Assembly: GCA_028826165.1 (NCBI GenBank)
Contig: JAPDFW010000060.1
Coordinates: forward strand, 1 to 64,000
Length of the DNA stretch: 64,000 bases
Direction of reading: 5' to 3'
DNA from: Anaeramoeba ignava BMAN
Lineage: Eukaryota > Protista > Anaeramoebae
Below the pieces are notes generated by a model. It was not told where the DNA came from. It was given only the letters and a program-made list of their open reading frames with translations, and did not search any database. The translations under genes were made by a program, and so were the position numbers. This document shows, piece by piece, positions 38,335 to 51,463 of this stretch. Within the stretch, counting starts at the first letter, position 1. Each line of letters opens with the position of its first letter.

Positions 38335-39583
38335 ATGACACAAAACTGGAAATTATTACAAAATGTAATTTTTTTGATTTAATTATAATTTTACTTTAAA
38401 ATTATATTTATATCAATTTAATATTTAATATTTAAATTTTTTTAAAATTTTTAAATTTTAAATTTATAAGGAATTAAAAAAATTAAATCAATTAAAAAAA
38501 CCTTTATCAAAAGAAATTGTAAAAAATTTAAAAAAAAAAAGTGAAAAAAGCTTTAAAAACACAATAAATACAACAAATACAACAAATTTACTTCTTCAAG
38601 AAAGTAAAAAAATTAATTGAAAAAAGAGAAAAAATTTTGAATGAATAAATAAACAAATTTTAAATCAAAAAATTTTAAATAAAAAGCTGAAGATTATAAA
38701 ATCGGAAAAATTATTGGATTAGATTGTGAAATGGTTGGTGCAGGAAAAAAAGGAAGAAAAAATATTTTGGCAAGAGTTTCTTTAGTAAATTTTGAAGCTA
38801 ATGTAATTTATGATAGTTTTGTTAAACCTGAAGAAACTATTGTTGATTATAGAACTCCACATAGTGGAATTCATCCTGAAAATCTTGAAAATGCTCCCAA
38901 TTTTGAAACTGTTAGAAATAGAGTTTTAGAAATTATTGAAAATAGAATTATTGTTGGTCATTCAATTTTTAATGATCTTAAAATTCTTAAAATTATTCAT
39001 CCAAAAAGATTAATTAGAGATATTGCATTTTATCCTCCTTTTAAAAATGAAAATGGATTTCGAAGAAAATTAAAAGATTTAGCAAAAGAATATTTAAATA
39101 TTGAAATTCAAAAAGAAGAGCATTCTTCAGTATAAATCAAAATTATTTATTAAAATTGTATTGAAATCAAAATAATTTATTCAAATTATTTATTATTAGA
39201 TTGAAGATGCAAAATCTACAATGCTTTTATATAAATTAGTTAGAGATCAATGGGAACCAAAAATAAATGAAATGGAACAAGAAAAATTGGAAAGAATTAT
39301 GAAAAAAAGAAAAAAGAAAACGAAATCAAAATCAAATCAAAATCAAAATCAAAATCAAAATCAAAATCAAAATCAAAATCAAAATCAAAATCAAAATCAA
39401 AATCAAAATCAAAATCAAAATCAAAATCAAAATCAAAATCAAATTGAAAAACCAAAAAGAAGAAAAACAAAAGAAAGAATTTTAAGAAAGAAAAAAAAAC
39501 AAAAAAATAGAAAAAAATTTAATTGGTATGGAAAACCAAATCGGAAAAAAGAAGAATCAGAAGAATTTGATGATTTTATTTAA
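38335..39583 (+). CDS. REX4: RNA exonuclease 4 (DEDDh), 4 exons; in-frame TAA at 38698-38700 in the simplest model
   Basis: MTQNWKLLQ N-terminus; IGLDCEMVG, LARVSLVN, DYRT..SGI, IIVGHSIFND, HSS|IEDA. Intron 39131-39199. Confidence 0.85.
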
Positions 39584-39649
39584 GAAACAAATAGAAATAC
39601 AAAAATTAGAAAAAAATAATAAAAAAATTAAAAATTAAATCATTTTTCA

Positions 39650-39672
39650 TTTTTTCATTTTTTCATTTTTTT
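39650..39672 (+). promoter_or_regulatory. Initiator-like TTTCATTTT motif (tandem copies) just upstream of the CWC22 ATG; representative of a window-wide motif
   Basis: The same motif lies on the sense strand shortly upstream of the ATGs at 10207, 12422, 15659, 17817, 22793, 27737, 32537, 38335, 43408, 48904, 56277, 60797 and 63038. Confidence 0.6.
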
Positions 39673-39675
39673 AGA

Positions 39676-42600
39676 ATGACTTCAAAAATAGAAGAAATAG
39701 AAACAAAAAAAGAAAGAACACTTTATATTCCACCATGGAAACTTGCTCAACTTCAACAAAAATATACAGATCCAAATACAGCAGAATATCAAAGAATGAT
39801 GTGGGAAGCACTTAGAAAGAGTATTAATGGATTGATAAACAAAGCTAACGTACCAAATATAAAAAATATTGTAATAGAAATGTTTCATGAGAATTTAATT
39901 AGAGGAAAAGGATTATTTGCACGTTCAAGTAAATTTAAATTAAAATTAAAAATTAAAATTAAAATTAAAATTAAAATTCAAAATTAAAATTAAAATTAAA
40001 ATTAAAATTAAAAATCAAAATTCAAATTAAAATCAAAATTAATATTAAAATTAATATTAAAATTCAATTTAAAATTAAAATTAAAATTAAAATTAAAATT
40101 TAAAATTAAAATTAAAATTAATATTAAAATTAAAATTAAAATTAAAATTAATATTAAAATTCGATTTAAAATTAAAATTAAAATTAAAATTAAAATTAAA
40201 ATTAAAATTAAAATTAAAATTAAAATTAAAAATTAAATTTTAAAATTAAAATTAATATTAATATTAAAATTAAAATTAAAATCAAAATTAAAATTTATAT
40301 TAAAATTAATATTAATATCAATATTAAAATTTCTAGTTATTAAAGCTCAATCTGCTGCTCCTAATTTTACAAATATTTATGCAGCTTTAGTTTCAATTAT
40401 TAATACAAAAATACCAGAAGTTGGAGAACTTGTTTTAACTCGTTTAATTCTTCAATTTAGAAGATCATATAGACAAGATAATAAAGTAATTAAAATTAAA
40501 ATCAAAATTAAAATTAAAATTAAAATTAAAATTAAAATTAAAATTAAAATTAAAATTAAAATTAAAATTAAAATTAAAATTAAAATTAAAATTAAAATTA
40601 AAATTATTAAAATTAAAATTAAAAATTAAAATTAAAATTAAAATTAAAATTAAAAATTAAAATTAAAATTAAAATTAAAATTAAAATTAAAATTAAAATT
40701 AAAATTAAAATTAAAATTAAAATTAAAATTAAAATTTATATTAAAATTTATATTAAAGTATAATGCTATTTCTTCTGCAAGATTTATTGCTCATCTTTTA
40801 AATCAAAGAGTTTGTAATGAAATTGTTGCTTTACAAATTGCTACACTTCTTTTAGAACATCCAACAAATGATAGTGTTGAAGTTTGTATTTATTTTATTC
40901 AAGAATCAGGAGCTGCTCTTCAAGAACTCTCTCCTTTAGGTTTAAGAGCAGTTTTTGAACGATTAAGAGCAATTTTACATGAAGGAACAATTAGTATTAG
41001 AATTCAATATTTAATTGAAAATTTATTTGCAATTCGTAAATCTGAATTTGCTGTATTTTTTATCTTTTAAAATTTAAAAATCAAAATTTATATTTATATA
41101 TTTATATTTTTATATTTATATTATTTTTTTTAGGAATATCCTTCAATTATTCCTGAATTAGATCTTGTTGAAATTGAAGACCAAATTACTCATCAAATTT
41201 TTCTTGATGATGATTTAAGTAAACAAGATGAATTAGATGTATTTAAATTTGATCCAAAATATGGAGAAAATGAAGAGACTTATAAAGTATTTATTTAAAT
41301 TAAATATTATTTTGAAATTATTTTAAATATTAATATTATTTTGAAATTATTTTGAAATATTTATTTAATTATTTTAAATATTTATTTAAATATTAATTTT
41401 ATTTTGAAATATTATTTTGAAATTAAATATTATTTTGAAAATATTTGGAAATTATTTTAAATTATTTAAATATTTATTTTAAATATGAAATATTATTTTT
41501 AAATATTAGAAAATAAGACAAGAAATCCTTGATGAATCTGAATCCGATAACGAAAATGGAGATGACGAAGATGAAGATGAAACAGAATCCGAAGCAGAAT
41601 CAGAAAACAACGAGAATCCAGAACAAGAAGAAATAGATGATCAAACAGAAGCCGAATTAATTGAGCTTAAAAAAACGATATATTTAACAATAATGTCATC
41701 ACTTAGTTATGAAGAATGCGTACATAAATTATTAAAAATCCAGTTAAAACCAGGACAAGAGATAGAAATACCGAGAATGCTGATACAGTGTTGCAGTCAA
41801 GAAAGAACATATCTTTCTTCATATGGATTAATGGGACAAAGATTTTGTCTTCTTGATAGAAAATACCAAATTCTTTTAGATACTTGTTTTGTGGATCAAT
41901 ATTCAACTATCCACCAATTGGAAACTAATAAACTTCGTAATGTTGCAAAGTTTTTTGCTCATTTACTTGCTACTGATGCTCTTTCTTGGGAAATTTTCGA
42001 GCATATTCATTTGAGTCAAGAAGAAACTACTTCTTCTTCAAGAATTTTCCTTAAGATTTTATTCCAACAACTTGCAGAAACAATAGGCCTTAAAAATTTG
42101 GCTAAAAGACTTAAGGAACCTGATCTTCAACCTTCTTTATCGGGAATATTCCCAAAAGATAATCCAAAAAATGCTCGTTTCGCAAATAATTTTTTCATTT
42201 CAATTGGTCTTGAAGGTTTAGCGTAAGTTTTGTTTTTGTTTCGTAATTTTTCAATTATAAATTTAATATTTATCTTTTTATTTTTATTTTTATTTTTTTA
42301 GTGAAGATCTTCAAGAATTTTTAAAAGAAATGCCAAAAATAATGCTTGAAAAAAGGAGATTAGAAAAAAAAAAGTTGAAACAAGATGATTCCGATTCAGA
42401 TTCAAGTGATTCTGATTCTGATTCTGATTCTGATTCTGATTCTGATTCAGATGATTCAAGTGATTCAAGTGATTCTGATTCTGATTCTGATTCTGATTCT
42501 GATTCTGATTCTGATTCTGATTCTGATTCAGATGATTCAAAAAATTCTACAAAATTTAAATCAAATGAACAATTAATCAATGAAATAATGAATGTATCAA

Positions 42601-43220
42601 AAGACAACCCAAAAGATATTTTAAAAGATATTTCAAAAGATATTTCAAAAGATATTTCAAAAGATAATTTAAAAGATATTTCAAAAGATAATTTAAAAGA
42701 TAATTTAAAAGATAATTTAAAAGATAATTCAAAAGATATTTTAAAAGATAATTTAAAAGATATTTCAAAAGATAATTCAAAAGATAATTCAAAAGATAAT
42801 TCAAAAGATATTTTAAATCATCATTCAAGTCATCATTCAAGTCATCATTCAAGTCATCATTCAAATCATCATTCAAATCATCATTCAAATCATCATTCAA
42901 GTCATCATTCAAGTCATCATTCAAGTCATCATTCAAATCATTCAAATCATTCAAATCATTCAAATCATTCAAATCATTCAAATCATTCAAATCATTCAAA
43001 TCATCATTCAAAAGATAATTCAAAAAAAGATAATTTAAAAAAAGATAATTTAAAAAAAGATAATTTAAAAAAAGATGATTCAAAAAAAGATGATTTAAAA
43101 GATGATTTAGAAAAAGATAATTTAAAAAAAGATAATTCACCTCAATTAATTCTTCCTGAAAATTTTTCTTCAGCAAAATATTCACATCAAACTAAAAAAC
43201 CAAGAACACAAAAAAAATAA
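39676..43220 (+). CDS. CWC22: Pre-mRNA splicing factor CWC22 (MIF4G + MA3), 6 exons
   Basis: YIPPWKL, YQRMMWEALRKSINGLINK, ENLIRGKGLFARS, IYLTIMSSL, LETNKLRNVAKFFAHLL, TTSSSRIFLKILFQ. Exons start at 39676, 40337, 40759, 41134, 41510 and 42302. Confidence 0.96.
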
Positions 43221-43407
43221 ATTCATAAAACAAACTTTTTTTATTTTTGAGATGAAAAATTACTTGGTTTTTTTTCTTTTTAAAAAATTTGAAAGAAAAA
43301 AGGAGAATTGATAAATAAAAACATTTTAAAAACATTTTTCAAACATTTTTGAATTTTCATTTTCATTTTTATTTTTATTTTGGATAATCCAAAAAAAAAA
43401 AAAAGTT

Positions 43408-44980
43408 ATGTTAATTGATAATCTTACTTGTCAGTTAGGCTTTGGAGTTGCATGTTTCTTTTTTGTTCCAGGATTTATATGGTTAATGGTTGATTCAGTT
43501 ACTCGTTTAAAACTTGAAAAAACTCAATGTGAAATTATTGATAAATATTATGTTGAATATACTTATAATAGTACTGGTGGAAAACCAACTGTTCCTCCTT
43601 CTGCAACTCCTCAATATAGATTACCTAATCCAATTAATTCAATTTCAAATTCAATTAATTCAAATCCAGAAAATTCTTCTTCTTCTTTTTCTCCTCATTC
43701 AATTTCTTTTCAAAATCTTTTTGGAGCTGCTTGTATTACTTCACCAACAATAAATTTTGTTCCTTTTTTTCAAGTAATTCTTTTCTAAAAATCAAATTTA
43801 AATTTATTTTCAAATTTAAATTCAAAATTTATAGATAAAATACACAACAAAAGATGGGAAAGAATATACTGAATATTCTTGTAATTTTGGAAAAGTTTGT
43901 AAGTTTCTAATTTATTCCTTTTTTAAAACATTTTTTTATTCCACTTTTTGATTTGATTTTTAATTAAATAAATAAAATAGGTTGGACTGCAAAAGGTACA
44001 GGTTGTAGAGTAAATATTTATCAAAATCAAAATCAAAATCAAAATTAAAATTAAATCAAAATTAAAATTAAAATAAAAATCAAAATCAAAATCAAAATCA
44101 AAATCAAAATCAAAATTAAAATGGAAATCAAAATCAAAATTAAAATCAAAATCAAAATCAAAATCAAAATCAAAATCAAAATCAAAATCAAAATCAAAAT
44201 CAAAATCAAAATCAATATCAAAATCAAAATCAAAATCAAAATAAAAATCAAAATCAAAATAAATAGGTTAGTGCTTGTGATATGAGAATATCAACCAAAA
44301 TATGTAAAAACTTTTCAAATTTAAAAAAATCAAATATTTATGATAAATATGATATTGGAACAACTGATTGTTGGTATAGTAAAGCATATAATGATTATGC
44401 AACAATTCATTTTCCTCATCCAAATATTTTATGGTCTTTATTTTTTTGGATTCCTTGTTTTATTTCTTGTCTTCCAGTTTTTGGTTATTATAATCAAAAA
44501 ATCAAAGATTGTTGTTATTGTTGTTCAAAAAAACGATCGAATCAAGATGAAGATGATGAAGATGATGAAGATGATGAAGATGATGAATATGATGAAGATG
44601 ATGAAATTGAAATTGAAATTCAAAATCAAAATCAAAATCAAAATCAAAGTGAAGAAATTGAAAATGAAAATGAAAATGAAAATGAAAATGAAGAAATCGA
44701 AGAAACAATCCCAAAATTAAAAGGAGATGAAGATTTTGAAACAATGATTGAAATTTACAGAAATCAAAATAAAAATCTAAATCAAAATGAAAATGAAAAT
44801 GAAAATGAAAATTATAATTATGAACCAAAAGAAAATGATGAAATTCCAATGGAAGTTATTCAAATGCAAATAAATGAATATAATCAACAAGAACCTCAAA
44901 CAAATGAACAAATTAATACTGGTCCTTTATATAATCCTTATTATCAAAATGATCTAAATCAAGAAAACAAAGATTTTTAA
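43408..44980 (+). CDS. Two-TM Cys-rich membrane protein, tandem family copy 1 (exons 43408-43773, 43835-43898, 43981-44009, 44267-44980)
   Basis: In-frame splicing: TM1 (FFVPGFIWLMV), TQCEI, PQYRLPNP, YTTKDG..Y.EYSCNFGKVC|WTAKGTGCR|…DCWYSK…TM2 (LWSLFFWIP), tail GPLYNPYY…NKDF. Confidence 0.9.
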
Positions 44981-45217
44981 AAGAAAAATTTATTTTTTTG
45001 GATTTTCATCTTTTTGGAATTAATTTTTTTCGCTTTTTTTTCTTTTTACAGTTGGATTTGGGTTTTTTGATCAAATATTTTTTTTTTGGTTTCATTTTTT
45101 AAAAAATTTTCAAAACAAGAAAGGGTTAATTAATTAATTATTAATAATAATATCATTACAATTTTTTTTTTGATTTTTGATTTTTGATTATTGATTAAAA
45201 AAACAAAATTTTAAAAA

Positions 45218-46604
45218 ATGGGTCGAATTGCTTGTTGTTTATCATTTTGGTTTGGACTTTTCTGTTTCTTTCTTCCAGGATTTATATGGTTAATAGTTGA
45301 AGTAGTTACTCTTTCAAAATTTGAAAAAACTGAATGTGAAATTATTGATAAGTATTATGTTGAACATCTTTATGATACTTATGAAGGAATGGTAAATGTT
45401 CCTCCTTCTGCAACTCCTCAATATAGATTACCTAATCCAATTAATTCAATTAATTCAATTAATTCAAATTCAAAAAATTCTTCTTCTTCTTTTTCTCCTC
45501 ATTCAATTTCTTTTCATAATCTTTTTGCTTATGATTGTTATGCTAGTCCTACAGATAATGTTGTTCCTTTTTTTGAAGTAATTCTTTTGAAAATTTCAAA
45601 ATCAAAATTCAAAATTCAAAATTTAAAATTATCCAATAGCTCAAATATACAACAAAAGATGGGAAAGAATATACTGAATATTCTTGTAATTTTGGAAAAC
45701 TTTGTAAGTTTCTAATTTATTCCCTTTTTAAAAAAAATTTTTTATTCCACTTTTTGATTTGATTTGATTTGATTTGATTTTTAATTAAATAAATAAAATA
45801 GGTTGGACTGCAAAAGGCTCAGGTTGCACAGTAAATCTTTTAAAATAATAAAATAATAAAATAATAAAATAATAAAATAATAAAATAATAAAATAATAAA
45901 ATAATTAAATAATTGATAAATTAATTAACAAGTCAGAAGTATGTGATGTTAGAATATCATCCAAAATATGTAAAAACTTTGCAAATTTAAAAACATCAAG
46001 TATTTATGATAAATATGATATTGGAACAAATGAATGTTGGTATAGTAAAGCAAATAATGATTATGCAACAATTCATTTTCCATTACCAAATTATTTATGG
46101 TCTTTATTTTTTTGGATTCCTTGTTTTATTTTTTGTCTTCCTATTTTGAGTTATTATTATCAAAAAATCAAAAAATCTTATTGTGATTCTAATTCTTCAT
46201 CTTGTTATTGCTGTTCAAAAAGATCAAATGAAGATGAAGATGATGAAGATGAAGATGAAGTTGTTATTGATATTTCTCAAATAAATAAAGAAAATCCAGA
46301 AAAAAATGAAACTAAAGTAATTGAGGAACCAATCCCAAAATTAAAAGGAGATGAAGATTTTGAAACAATGATTGAAATTTACAGAAATCAAAATAAAAAT
46401 GAAAATGAAAATCAAAATGAAAATGAAAATGAAAATTATAATTATGAACCAAAAGAAAATGATGAAATTCCAATGGAAGTTATTCAAATGCAAATGAATG
46501 AATATAATCAACAAGAACCTCAAACAAATCAACAAATTAATACTGGCCCTTTATATAATCCTTATTACCAAGATTATTCAAATCAAGAAAACAAAGATTT
46601 TTAA
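45218..46604 (+). CDS. Two-TM Cys-rich family copy 2
   Basis: Same 4-exon structure and motifs; small exon 45802-45830. Confidence 0.9.
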
Positions 46605-46844
46605 AAGAAAAAAATTTTTGGATTTTCATTTTTTTGGAATTAATTTTTTTCGCTTTTTTTTTCTTTTTACAGTTGGATTTGATTTTTTTTTTGTTGATCA
46701 ATTTATTTTAATTTTCATTTTTTCATTTTTTCTTTTCACAAAACAAAACAAAACAAAACAAAACAAAACAAAACAAGAACAAAATTAAATTATTTTTTAT
46801 TATTGAAAAAAACAAAATAAAAACAAAATAAAATTTAAAGAAAA

Positions 46845-48829
46845 ATGGGTCGAAAAGCTTGTTGTTTTTCATTTTGGTTTGGACTTTGTATGTTTTTTCT
46901 TCCAGGATTTATATGGTTAATAGTTGATTCAGTTACTCGAGGAAAACTTGTCAAAACTGAATGTGAAATTGTTGACAAATATTATGTTGAATATACTTAT
47001 AATTCTTATGAAGGATTAATAACTGTTCCTCCTGATGCAACTCCTCAATATAGATTACCTAATCCTTTAAGTTCAAATTCAAATTCAAATTTTTCTTCTT
47101 CTTCTTCTTTTTCTCCTCATTCAATTTCTTTTCATAATCTTTTTGCTGATGATGATGATTGTTATACTGGTCCTACAGATAATGTTGTTCCTTTTTTTGA
47201 AGTAATTCTTTTCTAAATTTAAAAATTAAAATTAAAATTAAAATTAAAAATCAAAATCAAAATCAAAATCTAAATCAAAATCAAAATCAAAATCCAAAAT
47301 CAAAATCAAAATCAAAATTAAAATCAAAATCAAAATTAAAATTAAAATTAAAATTAAAATCAAAATTAAAATTAAAATCAAAAATCAAAAATCAAAAATC
47401 AAAAATCAAAATCAAAATCAAAATCAAAATTAAAATCAAAATCAAAATTAAAATTAAAATTAAAATTAAAATTAAAATTAAAATCAAAATCAAAATCAAA
47501 ATCAAAATCAAAATCAAAATTAAAATCAAAATCAAAATTAAAATCAAAAATCAAAATTAAAATTAAAATCAAAATTAAAATCAAAATTAAAATTAAAATT
47601 AAAATCAAAATCAAAATCAAAATCAAAATCAAAATCAAAAATCAAAAATCAAAATTTAAAAATTAAAAAATATCCAATAGCTCAAATATACAACAAAAGA
47701 TGGAACAGAATATGATGAATATTCTTGTAATTTTGGAAAAGTTTGTAAGTTTTTAATTTATTTCTTTTTTAAAAAAAATTTTTTTATTCCACTTTTTGAT
47801 TTGATTTGATTTGATTTGATTTGATTTTTAATTAAATAAATAAAATAGGTTGGACTGCAAAAGGATCAAGTTGCACAGTAAATCTTTTAAAATAATAAAA
47901 TAATAAAATATTAAAATAATAAAATATTAAAATATCAAAATAATAAAATAATAAAATATTAAAATATCAAAATATTAAAATAATAAAATATTAAAATATT
48001 AAAATAATAAAATATCAAAATATCAAAATATTAAAATATTAAAATAATAAAATATTAAAATATTAAAATATTAAAATAATAAAATATTAAGTCATCATCA
48101 TGTGATGTTATGGTATCAACAAAAAAATGTAAAAACTTTGCAAATTTACATACATCAAGTATTTATGATAAATATGATATTGGAAAAACCGATTGTTGGT
48201 ATAGTAAAGCATATAATGATTATGCAACAATTCATTATCCAATGCCAAGCATTTTATGGTCTTTATTTTTTTGGATTCCTCTTGTTTTTGTTTGTCTTCC
48301 TTGCTTGATTTATGTTCGTAAAAATTATGAATGTTGCGAATCCAAATGCCAATGCAAATGCAAAAAATCACCAAAAACTAATATATATCAAGGAAATCTT
48401 TTCCGAAATCAAAATAACCAACAAAATCAATTAAATCAAGGTTTGCTTAATCAAGAACCAAATCATCAATTAAATGAAACTCAAGTATTTGAAGAACCAC
48501 CTTCAAAATTAACAACAAATGAAAATTTAGAAGCAGTCATTGATCTTTATGAAAATCCAAACCAAATTCAAAACCAAATTCAAAATCAAATTCAAAAGGA
48601 TGATACAATCCCAATCGAAGTTATTCAAATGCAAATGAAAGAATTTAATATAAATTATAATCCACCAAATAGTCAAAATCACAACCAAAATTATAATCAA
48701 AATTACAATCAATCTTATAATCAATATGTTAATCAACAAGAACCTCAAACAAATGAACAAATGAATACTGGTCCTTTATATAATCCTTATTATCAAAATG
48801 ATCTAAATCAAGAAAACAAAGATTTTTAA
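46845..48829 (+). CDS. Two-TM Cys-rich family copy 3
   Basis: Same 4-exon structure and motifs. Confidence 0.9.
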
Positions 48830-48903
48830 AGAAAATCAACAAAAACAAACAATTCTTTTTTTATTCTCTCTCTTTTTTTTTTTTCATTTTTTTCTTTTCA
48901 AAA

Positions 48904-50661
48904 ATGAATGATTGTTTATTTTTTGGTAAAAATGAAAATCCAAAACTTATCAAAAATAAACCAGAAAGAATTATAAAAAAACCAATTCAATTTAAATTTG
49001 AAAATGAAAATGAAAATGAAAAACAAATTAAACAAATTTCATCATCAAATTATTCAACAATTTTCCTTTTTAAAAATGGAAAAGCAATAGAATATTTACA
49101 TGAAAATGATTCAAATAAAAATCCTTCAAAAATCCAAATTGAAGAAAATATTCAAAAAGTAACTGTTGGGTATCAAAATGAAGCTATTTTAACAATAGAA
49201 GGAAATGTATTTGCCAAAGGAAGTGATATTATTAATCCAAAAAATCGAAATGAATTTATCAATATTTCATCACTAATTGAAGATACAAATGATAGAATAA
49301 TTGAAGATGTTGTTTCTGGAGAGCATTCAATTTACTTATTAACTTCAAATCAAAATGTTTATGGAATTGGTTCAAATAGATATTGTCAACTTGGTTTTGA
49401 TCCTGAAACATTTAAAGAAGCAGAAAAACCAATTTTAATGATGAAAAATGTTTCTAAAATATTTTCAGGAGCTTGTTCAGCTTCTGTTTTTCTTTTAAAT
49501 CCAAATCGAGAATTATTTGTATGCGGATATAATCAATATAGTCAAAAAAGATTAGGAGAATTGATAAAAGAAAACAAAAAAATAACCAAAATCCAAAATA
49601 TTCCAAAAGGCAAAATAATTGATATTCAATGTGGAAGTATTCATTCATTAATGTTGATTGAAAATGAAAATGAAAATCCAAAAAGAAAACTTTATTCATT
49701 CCAAGGATATAATTTCATACCAAATAATAAAGCTGAACATAATTTTCAATTTACTGAAATCAAATCGTCTTTATTTGAAAATGATGATGATGATATTCTT
49801 GATTTTTCTTGTGAATATGCTAGTAATTTGATTTTAACTCAAAAAGGGAAATTGATTGTATTTGGATGGAATGAATATGGTCAATTAGGAACTGGAGATA
49901 CAAAAAATCAACCAATTCCAATTCAAATTGAACTTCCTGAATTAAGATTTAATGAAGATATTTCCAATTATCATATTCTTTGTGGAGTTAATAGATCATT
50001 TCTTTATTATTCTTCTCTTTCTTTTTCCAATCTTGAAGAAGATTTGATAAAATTATTTAGAAGAAAAGAATTTTGTGATATTTCATTTAAAACAGAAAAT
50101 GGAGAAATAATTGAAGCTCATAAATTAATATTGAAATATAGATTAAATCAAAATCAAAATGAAATTGAAAAACTTCAAGAAATTATTTCAAATAAATCAA
50201 TTAAAGAATCAAATCAAATATTTGAAATGATTTATTCAAATAATTCCAAAATAAATCCAATATTATATTCTGAAATTAAAGAAATTATAAATTTAAATGA
50301 AAAAATTGAAGAAACAATGGAAAGAATTTATTTAAATGAAAATGAAAAAGATTTTATAATTGAAAGAAAAGAAAAACAATATAAATTTCCTAAATTAATA
50401 TTAATAATGAGAAGTGAATTATATCGAGGAATGTTTTTATCTGTTACAAATGATACTTCAAATAAAGTTACAGATTATAGTGAATTAAGTAATAAATCAT
50501 TTCAAATATTTGAATATTGGATTTATTCAAATAAAATTAAAGAAGAAATTGAAATTACACAAGAAATTATTGATGAAATTGAAACTGGAATTGATTATTT
50601 TCAATTAAATCAAACAAATCCAAATTTATTTGATTTATTAATTAAAAAATTTAATAATTAA
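48904..50661 (+). CDS. RCC1-repeat plus BTB/POZ-domain protein, intronless
   Basis: RCC1 repeats (VSGEHSIYLL…GIGSNRYCQLG; GKLIVFGWNEYGQLGTGD…P) followed by two BTB-like units (FCDISF…EAHKLIL; KDFIIE…KLILIMRSELYRGMF…EYWIYSN). Confidence 0.88.
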   Translation: MNDCLFFGKNENPKLIKNKPERIIKKPIQFKFENENENEKQIKQISSSNYSTIFLFKNGKAIEYLHENDSNKNPSKIQIEENIQKVTVGYQNEAILTIEGNVFAKGSDIINPKNRNEFINISSLIEDTNDRIIEDVVSGEHSIYLLTSNQNVYGIGSNRYCQLGFDPETFKEAEKPILMMKNVSKIFSGACSASVFLLNPNRELFVCGYNQYSQKRLGELIKENKKITKIQNIPKGKIIDIQCGSIHSLMLIENENENPKRKLYSFQGYNFIPNNKAEHNFQFTEIKSSLFENDDDDILDFSCEYASNLILTQKGKLIVFGWNEYGQLGTGDTKNQPIPIQIELPELRFNEDISNYHILCGVNRSFLYYSSLSFSNLEEDLIKLFRRKEFCDISFKTENGEIIEAHKLILKYRLNQNQNEIEKLQEIISNKSIKESNQIFEMIYSNNSKINPILYSEIKEIINLNEKIEETMERIYLNENEKDFIIERKEKQYKFPKLILIMRSELYRGMFLSVTNDTSNKVTDYSELSNKSFQIFEYWIYSNKIKEEIEITQEIIDEIETGIDYFQLNQTNPNLFDLLIKKFNN

Positions 50662-51328
50662 AATTAAAATTAAAATTAAAATTAAAATTAAAATTAAAAT
50701 TAAAATTAAAATTAAAATTAAAATTAAAATCAAAATCAAAATTCAAATCAAAATTAAAATTAAAATTAAAATCAAAATTAAAATTAAAATTAAAATTAAA
50801 ATTAAAATTAAAATTAAAATCAAAATTAAAATTAAAATTTAAATCAAAATTAAAATTAAAATTAAAATCAAAATTAAAATCAAAATAAATCAAAATTAAA
50901 ATCAAAATCAAAATCAAAATCAAAATTAAAATCAAAATAAATCAAAATTAAAATCAAAATAAATCAAAATTAAAATTAAAATCAAAATCAAAATCAAAAA
51001 TTAAAATTTAAATCAAAATCAAAATAAATCAAAATTAAAATCAAAATCAAAATCAAAATCAAAATTAAAATCAAAATCAAAATTAAAATCAAAATTAAAA
51101 TTAAAATTAAAATTAAAATTAAAATTAAAATTAAAATTAAAATTAAAATTAAAAATCAAAATTAAAATTAAAATTAAAATTAAAATTCAAATCAAAATCA
51201 AAATCAAAATTAAAATTAAAATTAAAATTAAAATTAAAATTAAAATCAAAATCAAAATTAAAATCAAAACTAAAATTAAAATCAAAATCAAAATCAAATT
51301 CAAAATTAAAATTAAAATTAAAATCAAA
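50658..51328. repeat. (AAAATT/AAAATC)n tract starting at the RCC1-BTB stop codon
   Basis: Direct inspection. Confidence 0.93.
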
Positions 51329-51463
51329 ATTCTTTCTTTTATTCTTTTTTTTTTTCACAAATTCGAGAAATTAAAAATAAAAATAAAAAATTCATTTTTT
51401 TTTAAATTCAAAAGAAGAATTGAATTGTTTAAATTTTATCTTTAAAAACAAATCAAAAAAAAA

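Noticed and set aside
15437-38700. Stop-codon reassignment (TAA=Gln) suggested by in-frame TAAs at 15437-15445 and 38698
   Set aside because: PARP1, CWC22, REX4 and all complete array copies end in TAA at the expected positions, and long exons contain no internal TAA/TAG.
33317-43220. Inteins or homing endonucleases in PARP1, REX4 or CWC22
   Set aside because: Spliced products are collinear with the known proteins; no C…HN splice motifs or LAGLIDADG inserts were seen.
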